Positions 11,341 to 22,800 of a DNA stretch of 64,000 nt are shown in pieces. Source of the stretch: Eledone cirrhosa (Eukaryota); contig OZ024750.1 of assembly GCA_964016885.1 (NCBI GenBank), positions 7,068,001-7,132,000 on the forward strand, in the 5' to 3' direction. The notes under the pieces were generated by a model. It made no database searches. It had not been told where the DNA came from and saw only the letters and a list, made by a program, of their open reading frames with translations. Every line of letters begins with the position of its first letter. The first letter of the stretch is position 1. Both the position numbers and the translations under genes were made by a program.

Positions 11341-14300
11341 GAACAACATGCAGTACTGCCTGGTCAGGGTACCCACAGTCTCATGCCGGTCTGTCCTGGC
11401 ATGTGTTGAGCTGATCCGATCTATGGACACCCACTGCTTTCTATCATAACAAGGTCAAAGCCGACTGGTTTAGAGTGCAGTTCTCATGCACTGTACTAGT
11501 GTCTTAGACTGGAATTCACTGAAAGTATCTCCTGAATGTTCAAAGATGACATGTAGAGAATTCGTCTGCTCATTAAATATTTTTCACCCACTTCTCGAGT
11601 TGAAAAGTTACATAAACTCTCAGCTCTTATATTTATAGAGAAGTAGAAATTACGTTACTGTCTTAGTAATGAAATAATTAATAATTTTAGTAAATCCCTC
11701 GAAATTCTTCATTAATAAATTAAAATAGAGTGTATTTCATTAGAAGTGTGGTCATGGCAGGGTTAACCTGATGCTCAAACAATTCTGCTAGTTTCCCCAC
11801 TTTCATATATAAATTAAACATTATTTAATTTAAGGTAGGAGTTAGAGTTTAGAGATAGGCTTTATAGTTAAGGTAAGACAATAGCGGTTTCAATGAAACG
11901 CCCAAGGTATTAATGTTTACTTTCAAAAGAGAAAAAAAAAAAATCATTTAACTCTTTGTCATTTACATTACTCTATATTTACTATTGTATTGTCACGGCA
12001 AATGCTTTATCTCACATAATATTGAATCTGAGATTTTGATATTATTTATTTTGAGAACAATACCTCAACATCAGTACAAGTAGCAAGTTATGACCGGTTT
12101 GAATAGAAAGAGGTGAGAGAATTCTGGCCAGTTTAAATGCTAAAGGGTTAAACGTTAATATCATTAATATATAAAGTCCTTATATGTAGTCAGCAATATA
12201 TATGAGCAAAATAAATATATTTTACCAACCTAGTAAGTTATCTTGTCACTGTGTAAGGAGGCAAATTAATTTGTTAAGTAATTAGTGTCCATGATGGTCA
12301 AAATACAAATAAACTTATTTCAATCTTTAATATTAGAGAATACCACATGAAATATAGGTTTTAAATATAAATCTTTCTCAAGTTATGAAAATACATGTAG
12401 ATAATGGGTCAATCCATTTTGTAATACATAGCTAGCTTTTGTGTTCAATAGTTAGTGGGGTAAACCATTTTGTAATAGATCGTTAGCTTTTGTGTTCAGT
12501 AACTAGTGGGTTAAACCACTTTGAAATATACATGGCTAGCTTCTATATTTAGTAGTGGAGGCACATGACCTAGTGGTTAGGGTGTTGGACATGATCATAA
12601 TCGTGGGTTCAATTCCTAGACTGGGTTGTGTGTTGTCTTCTTGAGCAAAACACTTCATTTCACATTGCTCCAGTATACTCAGCTGAAAATGAATACCAGC
12701 AAATGCAATGGACTGGCATCTTGTCCAAGTGGGATGTCTTGTGCTCTCAGTCACTTAATGCCATGGAAACTGGGATAAGGACCAGCTTGATGGGCTTCTG
12801 GGTTTGAGACATACTTTAGATTTTTTTGTAACCCAATTTCTAATACATGGTTAGCTTTTATATTCATTTGGCTTTACATTCCAAGTGTTGTTAGTCTTGT
12901 AACTATTAATTGTGGTACCATTGACCATATAGTGACTGTTGAAGAAGTAGTAGGGCTTCTTATTTGTTTACAAGTTCAAATTAGGATGTAATGCTACTGG
13001 AGATTAAAAGAATAACAAAACAAACATCAGTTTGTATTTTGTATAAATAGCATTAGTTTATCCTGTGGTCAGTGTAACAGTGATTTCAGAAATATCACTT
13101 TGGACACAAGAGACTTCAGAATAAACCTGAAAAGAAACCAAAGGAAATAAAGACTGAGTAGATTGCATATGGTCCTCCTCCTCTTGAAAAACTGCTTTGT
13201 CATGCTTATCTTACTATCTATCTAGGGCAGGTAAAATTAATGAGATCCATGGACGAGTTCTCTCCAGTGTTCTCTGTCCTTCATCATCGCCACTATGTCC
13301 CGCATTTCCCTGAGGTTGGCTCTGAACATTAATTAATACGTATAGAGGATGAAGAACTCCCAAAAGTCAGCTTGAAAGTGACACAGAGGTGACTGAGGTT
13401 AGGTGGACGTGTTCACCGACATTCAGAATTGACACTGCACTCAGTTATCCTGTGGGAGCCCCTACATGGACACACAGCGAGAGGAGGGAGACTGGCAATG
13501 ACATATGTTGATGTCATGCTTAAAGCTGTAATAATTAGAGAGAACTGGTTGAAAGAAACTCTTCTTGTAGCTGACTCCATTGGATTTCCTATCACTGTTT
13601 CCCACTATATGTGGGAAATCAGAAAAGTGGAAGAATTCTTGAGCCTAGAGATGTGATCAGTGCCTCTAATTTCAGTTTAAAAACAAAAAAAAAGCGTTAT
13701 TGCAACATATCATTACTTGTGATGAGAAATGGATATTGTTTGACAATAACAAATGATCTAAGTGACACCAAATCATTTTCCAATGGAAATTCTGCACCCC
13801 AAAAGAAGATTCTGGTATCTGTATTGTGCTTTGTAAAAGTCATAATCCACTGTTGTGAATATAGTATCTCTGGGTGACAACAGGGTGTGTGAGAAAGAAC
13901 AATATATGATGTTGCTATGGGAGACCAGAAGTTGAGATGGACCAGTTTTGGCAATGTTATATATATATATATATATATGTATGTAAAAGGTAAACAGAAA
14001 TAACAAAACAAAGGGTTCAGTATATGGAAGGAATATATTAGTTTAATGCTTGAAATAGCAGGAAGAGGGTCTTAATGTTTCGGACACTAGTCCTTCATCA
14101 GAAGAAAGAATGGGAAATTAGGAAGATTGAAGGGATGGGCAGGGTGGAATCGGAAAACTTTTTTAGAGAATGCCATGGGAACCCAGAGGTTGTGAATTCC
14201 CTCAATTATTGTGACTTAGTGTTCATAAGTAAGAATGATGTAGTACTGAGAGAACAAAATATGTTGGGATTTTAGACACCCATCACTGCCAGAACAGAAC

Positions 14301-15149
14301 AGATCTAGATTTAGAGATGAATCATTGAAAAGTAAATATGGATCATTGATAAAGAGTAAAATAACGAGAGAAATTGACTAATTATTAGACTGTCTTTGAA
14401 ATAATTAAGAAAAAAATTGAGAATTGTTAATTGACTATTTAATTAGGTGACTAAATGAAATTGGAAGATAAGTGAATAAGTTCATTGAAGGAAATAAAGC
14501 AACTGATAAAGTATGTATATTGTGAAAGGTGTTATTTGTAATAGTTCAAACAGATGGAATTTTTCTATTCTCTATGGTGAAGAGGAATTCGGTTGTCTTC
14601 ACATCTTCCAATCACTTTCAATTACAGTGAATATAATAATAGCAGTAATGATGATGATGATAATAGTGACAAAATAATTTCATTTTTTTTCTTCCAATAA
14701 TAATTAAATTTTTTTTCTTACAATTATAATTTCATTTTTCCCTTACAATAATAATTTCATTTTTCTCTTACCTGTTTTTTAGAACCCGTTTCTATGGCAG
14801 GCAAAAGCCATTGTCGTTTAAATATCTAATAACTGGGTTATATAAAAATTTGAGTAAGATCTGACGCTGTAGTCTGTTGAAAGTTGTAAGCAAATTCCAG
14901 AGATCGGATGTCAGAAGTTGTTCTTTATATTCATGCAGTCTTTTCTACTGACTATGTTCAACAAACCTACTGACTAAAATACAAAGGTCCCCATTCAATG
15001 TTTTCTGATTAAGCTGTAAATATTTAAGTGTTTCTACATTTTCCCACCCATAATATGTAAACCATCTGAAAAACTACAATATTGATTTAACAGTATCAGT
15101 TTCTAGATAATTATATTTTTCTATAATCAATACAATACTCCCAACGAGG

Positions 15150-15380
15150 TGGAGTGGCTGTTTCAGCGCATCTCCCTCACCATCCTCCAGGGCAATTCAT
15201 TCTCCATCCTGTCATCTGGGACCCGGAGTTGAGTGGCTGTTCCAGTATGTTTCCCTCACCATCCTCCAGGGCAATTCATTCTCCATCCTGTCATCTGGGA
15301 CCCGGAGTTGAGTGGCTGTTCCAGTATGTTTCCCTTGCTGTCCTTGGGGGCAATGTCTTCTCCATCCTGTTGGTCGGGAC
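15150..15380 (+). mobile_element. Second fragment of the same RLE non-LTR element, with an internal ~76-bp tandem duplication
   Basis: GVEWLFQYVSLAVLGGNVFSIL is similar to the 11.1-kb copy; the block cctcaccatcctccagggcaattc..gtatgtttc occurs twice. Confidence 0.6.
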
Positions 15381-15677
15381 CCAGAGGCAGAGGCGTAAGT
15401 TAGTTGGTGGTGGAGGATACTCATTTGGACATCACTTCAACAACTAAAATATATTTAATTGTGAAGTAAAAGGCTACTAATACAACAACAACAACAAGTG
15501 TTTTAATGTTATCTTCTCTGCTAAAGAAAGGAGTGAGTCTTGTGGGCCCAATGAGAAACTTCTCCATTTTGTTCTACCATTTCCATCCTTTCCAAACCAA
15601 CCCCTTGCCTTTCAAGTTCTTCCTCCATTCTGAGCCATGTCTTTGACTTCTTCATCCAATCCATGTTAGCGTGGACA

Positions 15678-15971
15678 TCTAGGCATGCCTCCATCTCCCA
15701 GCCATCACAAACTACTGCACACACAGTAGCTATTCCTAGCCTCATTGTTTATCTATATCCCTGGCCCCTACTCTATCTAGGATTACCCCCCAACTCCTCC
15801 TAAATCCTAACAGCCACACTCTAGGCATGCCACCATCTCCCAGCCATCACAAACTACTGCACATGTAGCTATTCCAAGCCTCATTGTTCATCTAAATCCC
15901 TGGCCCCTACTCTATCTAGGATTACCCAGGATTACCCGTCAACTCCTCCTAAATCCTAACAGCCACACTCT
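15678..15971. repeat. ~142-bp tandem duplication
   Basis: tctaggcatgcc..cagccacactct occurs twice. Confidence 0.85.
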
Positions 15972-16579
15972 ATCCAAAGTTGCTCTCCAACAGCCCACTC
16001 AACTCTAGATCCTTTCCATAGCCCTGACATACACCCATCAAAGCCCTAGTAGCGATTATAACAGTGCCTTCCAAACTGTGCAGTCAGGGGCCTCGTTTGC
16101 CTTAAAAATGTGGGAGAGGAGACAAACAAACATTTGTTGATTCTTAAAGGAGCACAAATTGCTTATAGTGCCTTTCCCGGACCCTATCACATAAGTAAAA
16201 TTTTACGCTAATTAAATTTTATATATTCCATGCTAGCATGGAAGATGGACGTTAAACGATGATGATGATGATGATGATATTCAAATGAAGTTCAGATATT
16301 AAAAAATATGCTTAAAAAGAATTTATTATATCAAATAGACAAAAAATAAAACATAGACGTTTGAAAATGTGTGTGTGTGTGGGGCTGGGGGGGCTTGTTC
16401 CCTGGTACCCCCTGAAACAAGGCCGTTGTGTAGTGATGGTGAGGATAGCTACTAGAGAGTGCTAGTGGTAGAAAAACATGAGTATGGGTCAGGTTACATT
16501 GTATGCTGGTAGCTGTGTTTTCACCACCTTAGTGTCAGCCCTTGCTGTCCTGTGTCATCTCTGCTGTGAGACTTAGTTT

Positions 16580-16880
16580 CTTAAGGTCAGCCTTCCTCTA
16601 AAGGTCAGTCTTCTTCTTAAGGTCAGTCTTCATCTTAAGGTCAGTCTTCATTTTAAGGTCAGTCTTCATCTTAAGGTCAGTCTTCATCTTAAAGTCAGTC
16701 TTCATCTTAAGGTCAGTCTTTATCTTAAGGTCAGTCTTCATCTAAAGGTCAGTCTTTATCTAAAGGTCAATTCTCATCTTAAGGTCAGTCTTCATCTTAA
16801 GGTCAGTCTTCATTTTAAGGTCAGTCTTCATCTAAAGGTCAATCCTCATCTAAAGGTCAGCCTTCATTTAAAGGTCAATC
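16580..16880. repeat. 18-bp minisatellite, ~16 copies
   Basis: Unit cttaaggtcagtcttcat. Confidence 0.95.
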
Positions 16881-17296
16881 AGTGTCTTAAAAACAAGAGA
16901 CCACAAAGGATTAAGTTCTAATATGAAGAGAACTAATCTGGAATAAAATTGAGATGACAAAAAGTAGAATGCTGTGGTTTAAAAAGTGGGTTGTTAGAAA
17001 GTTACCCCTAGATAACCAGTGAAACAATCTACATAATCTAATTTTTGACTACTTGTTCCAGTAATTTTATCAATTCCACATTGATGAAAGAGTAAATTGA
17101 CTTTGACAGGTTTTCAACTTTGAACTACCCATTAAAAATCTTGAAAGTCATTTTAATTAGAGTTCCCCCAACAAGTCCAAACTACCATTAAACTATTGTT
17201 TCATTTGTGTGACAAATTATATAGCATTAGTGTAAAGTATTTATATTTTCAGGGACAGAAGAAATTGTATAATATATTTTATCTTTCTATCCAGCA

Positions 17297-17980
17297 CTTT
17301 GCTTTTCATCCTTACGGGGTCAATTAAATAAAGTACCAGTAATGCACTGAGTAATTGCTGGCCTTGTGCCTAAAGTAGAAACAATTATTATCAGAAAACC
17401 CAGCATTACGGTGGATTGGCAGTATCGTTAGAGGGTCGGATGACATGCTTTGACGCATAGAGTCATTTGACGCCCTTGCCATTCTGAGTTCAAATCCCGC
17501 CGAGGTTAACTTTGCCTTTCATCCTTACGGGGTCGATAAAATAAAGTACCAGTAATGCACTGAGTAACTGCTGGCCTTGTGCCAAAAGTAGAAACAATTA
17601 TTACTAGAAAATCCACGGACGCCATGCTTTGACGCATAGAGTTACGGCCCTTGCCATTCTGAGTTCAAATCCCGCCGAGGTTAACTTTGCCTTTCATCCT
17701 TACGGGGTCGATGAAATAAAGTACCAGTAATACACTGGGTAATTGCTGGCCTTGTGCCAAAAGTAGAAACAATTATTATCAGAAAAGGCTGGTGGATTGA
17801 CAGTATCGGTAGAGCGTTGGACACTATGCTGTGCAGCATAGAGTTACGACCCTTTACATTCTGAGTTCAAATCCTGCCGAGGTCGATAAAATAAAATACC
17901 AGTAATGAACTAGGGTCGATTTAATTGACTCTCTCCTCCTACCAAATTGCTGGCCTTGTGCCTAAATCAGAAACCATTAT
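17297..17980 (+). mobile_element. Head-to-tail array of ~4 family-A SINE copies
   Basis: Repeated A-box-like tggcagtatcgg, B-box gagttcaaatc, the conserved core and the tail ggccttgtgccaaaagtagaaacaatta. Confidence 0.88.
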
Positions 17981-19871
17981 TTGATTTACCTGCATTTCTT
18001 TCAAATACAGAAGGAAGTAGCATTTTATTCCTCTGTATTAAATACATCAGAATCATTAAATAATACATAAAATTCGAAAACATTAAATATAGTTGGGAAA
18101 ATGTGAAAACTTATGGAAGAGTGAACACACAAATTAAAATATATTAGTAATACATATACTATCTTGTGGTATATATATATATATATATGGAAGTAGAATT
18201 ATACAAGAATATTTGAAACTTCTTTACCATCACCATCAACGCTATGATTGAACTTTTATACAGTTTTATTGAACAATATTCTGGTTGATATAGAGTAATA
18301 TTCTTGTGATATAGAGCAATATTGTGGCTATATAGATAGTAATGTTATATAGAGCACTATGCTTGTTATATAGAGCAATATTGAGGTTAATATTTGTTTA
18401 TTTTTGTTACATCTGAAAGGTGTATGATGAAATCATCAGTGACATATGGTCAGCAATAAGGTGAACAGTCTATTGTCATAAATGTAATCACAAAATATAG
18501 GATTAAACTTATTACAGTCGTACTGCCTTTCATTCTAACATATCAACATTATTTATGTTTGTCTTGTCTTTCATAAAAGGGTAGAAACCTAAATTATATA
18601 TTAGACATTGGACTTTGTATTCATCAGCAGATGTCACTATATTTATTACATTTGATAAGCTGGGCTTGGGTTGTTTTTTTTTGCTGTCACTTGGTAAATT
18701 TTACATACACTCAAACTCACATAGACAGTATCTGGCTATCAAATTTGATTTATGATATTATTTGACTGAAGTCATTAGAACTGAATCTAGAACAGTCTTA
18801 GGTTTACCCATGAGATCTACCCTATTAGGCATGCTGGCTATCACTTTATGGAGTGTTCAATACCTTTAACTTTTGTGCTTTCATCACAAGATGTGTACCT
18901 GTCATTAATACAGGTGAAATTATTCCATGTGGATGTAGTTTTGGCAATAGAAATTGATGTTGATGTTGCCCACCTCTGTGATTTTAACTTGTAAACTCAA
19001 TAAGGAGTGATCCACCCTAAAGCCTGTCTGGTGTTTCAGCTCAGTTGAACCCTCATCAAGCAGTTTCAAGATCAGACATTCGAGATGTGACCCCTAGGCC
19101 GCATCCATAGAAAAAAACAGGCGATGAATTGGCATAAAACCATTCACAGACTTTCTTTGTCATTTCTGCCATTATTAAAATGGTCTCTGTTGTTGCGATC
19201 TTGTGCAACTCCCAATAAACTCGATTCTCCTAACATCGTACATGTTGAGTTCACCACCCCAGTCTCTACTGTAACGGCTCCCTCTCATTCTTCTTGTCCA
19301 CAACGATGACCCCCTGAAACTATATCCGTGTCTGGTATACTGGCATCAGTCGACTTGCAACAATTTAAGTTGAATATCAACATCAATCTCCTCACCAGTA
19401 ACGGATGGGCTGCGAAGGCCATGGATATGGGCCCTTCTTTCAGACCTACCCAGGTATTAGTCTCGCCATCACCCGTGGTAATGCTCCGAGTGCGTTTGCT
19501 TGACTCAAAGATTTCCGTTCATTCTGTAAGAATTATAAACAATTTGTAATGAATAAACTCCTCTCTAGGTCTGAATACAGTGGATTTCTTCCAGAGGAGT
19601 GAGAGAATGGAAATGAGAAAGAGATATATAGGAAGAATCGACACCAGCAGACTGGAATTTTTTTAATTATAAGTAAAAGAAAAAAATAGAGTATTTGCTG
19701 ACGTGAAGTAATAAACTATAAAATATTTTCTATCAATTTAGCAACAGTCTTAATAAATCAGAAAGCCACTTATAAAGTCTTATCTTAACAGTTTTCTGGC
19801 GCTAAATGTTTCTAAGCGGTTTCTGACAATAATATGTTCACTTATGCTTGATCCACAGTTTCGTATCCAAC

Positions 19872-22800
19872 ATGTTGAAATCAGGAATATGTTTACCTGG
19901 TGAGTTAACGTGTATTTTAATATAGAAATCCAACGTGTAACTCTAATATATTCTTTTATTATTTATTATAAAGAAACATTGAAAGTATATTTTCAATACC
20001 TCTCAAACTTTCTCATTAGAAATGTATTCATTCACATTATAAACCTTGTATATTTTCTGAACCATGTATTTCGTTAATATCTTTAAAACTTAACATAACT
20101 TATTTAAATTACAATTTTCTTATGTAAAATATTATTTTGCCGTTTTATGTCAATATTTCAACTCCCATACTGTTATATTACACATGGTTTTCGTTTAAAT
20201 ACAAAATATCGGTCTCCCCCCCACATGTCTCTGGTCAGACTGCAATTAATTCTTCTAACATCAATGTTTCATAGCTAGACATCGTTAAACACCTTTATGA
20301 ACACAACATAAAGTTATTTCTTAAGGTAGACAGTCAAATATTTCTCCCACTTTTCCTTGTAAGATCAGCTCGAATAATAATTTCTTTGCAGGTTAAAGTG
20401 AAACTCGTAAATAAAAACAATTTAGTTTTGGAAGTTTTAAATATATATAAATAACATTATAAATTCCTCTCAATTGTTTTAGATAAAATAAAAAATATAA
20501 ATATAAATACATATAACAAATACGATTCACTATTGTTAGGAACCTCAGTCATCGCAACAAAATATATAACCAGAGCGAGAGAATAAGTGATATAGAGAAA
20601 TAAATATTGAGATATTGACTAATAAACGGTAGAGACTCTGTGTAATAATCTTAATACTATCAAACCCTTCTGTAGTTTATTGTAGCTAACAGTGAGCGAA
20701 GTAGTATATACGAAGTGTTGTAGTGCACCCGAGCACTGTACATAATAATTTCATCATTATATATATAGAGAGACAATATAATAAAATTATGGTTGTTTGG
20801 TTAAGTTCACTTCACAACAATAACCACATAGTCCAGGTTTTCTATCCCACCGTATAATATATTGTGTTAGGTTTATTCTACCATAATCTTAGCTTCAACA
20901 TATTGTGAATAAAATTTCGTTTTGTATTGTGTATTTTCTAATTTACTTTTTTAGACATTATCTATAACACGAAGTAAACGTGTATTTCGGCGTCAATTCA
21001 CTTTCCAACGCACAAATAACGAAAAATACTCATATTATGTATGTGTATATATATATATATATATATTAAACTGGTTCTATCCTCCTTTATATATTGATGT
21101 ATATATATATATGTATTTATTATGGCGATGTATATATATATCAGCGAAGTGTGTAACGAGCTGAAAAAACTGGTGTTTTTCAAACGAAATGATGAACACA
21201 ATTGCTTGTCATTCACAGAACCAGGAATTTGTTAATCATTTGTGATATAAAAACAACAAAACTAGTCTTACCGATTTCTTTCCAACAGCTGTCCAGATCG
21301 ATAAAGTTGAGAGTCTGTCAAACACTTGTGGGGATGGAGGAGTTGAATGGATTTGGCGGGAGGAGGGGTTGTAAGAATTAGGATTTATTTCCATAGTGTA
21401 AGACAAAGTTATTATTTAGCCACAGGTGTGTTGTGCTCTGAATGAACAGATTTATGATCAGATACATTCCAGCCGTGACCATAGTTTTTATTTCAGGTTG
21501 TGTACCGAAAATTGTGGTAGGGTTTGATTTGAGGGAGATTTGGTAGCTATTTCTAGCAGAGCGATTGAGCATGTAGTGTGTTATATTCCCATTTGATGTT
21601 TTCAACATATCTTTTCGTAAAGACTGGGCCTCCGTCAATTTCAACGATGAGTATTCCAGTTTAATCTACATAAACGCCTGCTTATGAAATTAGCGTGTAA
21701 AGTGTCTGAGCCTTTCACAGACGTGTGTGTATCCTTACCGTTATTCTCAGAGAGATTCAGTGGGACTAGGCTGGACCTTTGAATTACAGGCACTGTTTCT
21801 GAAAAACTCCTATGTGGTAAGGGGTTTCTATAAGACCACCTATATGGTATGGGGTTTCTATGACAACCTATGTGATATAGGGTTTCTGTAAAAATATGTG
21901 CTCACATATACAATCCTTATTGAGCCCTCTTTGGATTTTGGTCTTTGTATTTATTATAACTATATGTATATATATATATATACTTCTAAATTAAGCTACC
22001 AATGTGTTAATCTAGCTAATATTTGTTCACTATAACCACCTCTATTATTAATTATAATTATATCTACATAGAAATAAAGAAACTATTTTTTTAACGATAT
22101 ATTAAATACCTTTATGTATCTGAAGATTTGAATATATATTGTTTTTAGGGCAAAAGCTTTGTCAACTAACTGATGAAAAATGTGGAGGAAATGGGACTTA
22201 TATCCGAAATGGTTATATTTATTCAAGTTTGGCAGGTTTCCTTCATACAGAAACAACGGATGATAAAGTAAGTTTTATTTCACTGATTCATCTTCTTATT
22301 TTGGTCTTTGGTCTACCATTTCACTGGGTTTCATAATCGCATCTTTATTGGCCTCTACAATAATGGTTTCTGATTAAGGCTCAAGGCCAGTTATTTGGGG
22401 AAGGGGAGAGTCGATTAAATCGACCCAGTGCATTACTGGTACTTTATTTAACCCCATCGTAACAACATTTCATATATATATATATATATGTAAATTCAAA
22501 ATAGGGAGCCCACAGGACAAACACAATGTAAAAAAAAACACAGACTGAGAGTCCCATCTCAGCCAACCTCTGGAAATCACTACAGTTTCAGTGCATTAAG
22601 GTTGATACTGTCCATTCCAATGCACATTGGGAAATAACATATATATATATTAATATATACACAGAGAGTATATATTAGTTTTGAAGATGGTGATTTTCTA
22701 AAATCTTTTATTTCAGACATTGGTGGAAGTTCGATCAACTAAATCAGAAAATATAGTACCATCAGTTGATGCTCTTGTTACAGCGAAGGTAAATATCCAC

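Larger units (their letters stand above)
4381..19523 (-). pseudogene. Probable decayed multi-exon gene of unknown identity, divergent from EXOSC1
   Basis: Exon-like blocks with splice signals at ~19523-18800 (TGA stops, frame changes), ~18032-17990, 15065-14772 (two TAG stops), ~13126 downward, 7215-7049 (open) and 4563-4381 (open, ends in TAG). No family recognised. Confidence 0.4.

Noticed and set aside
16580-16880. CRISPR-like array (also 2465-2612, 56316-56521, 57166-57302)
   Set aside because: Units are contiguous with no unique spacers, and the context is eukaryotic; these are minisatellites.
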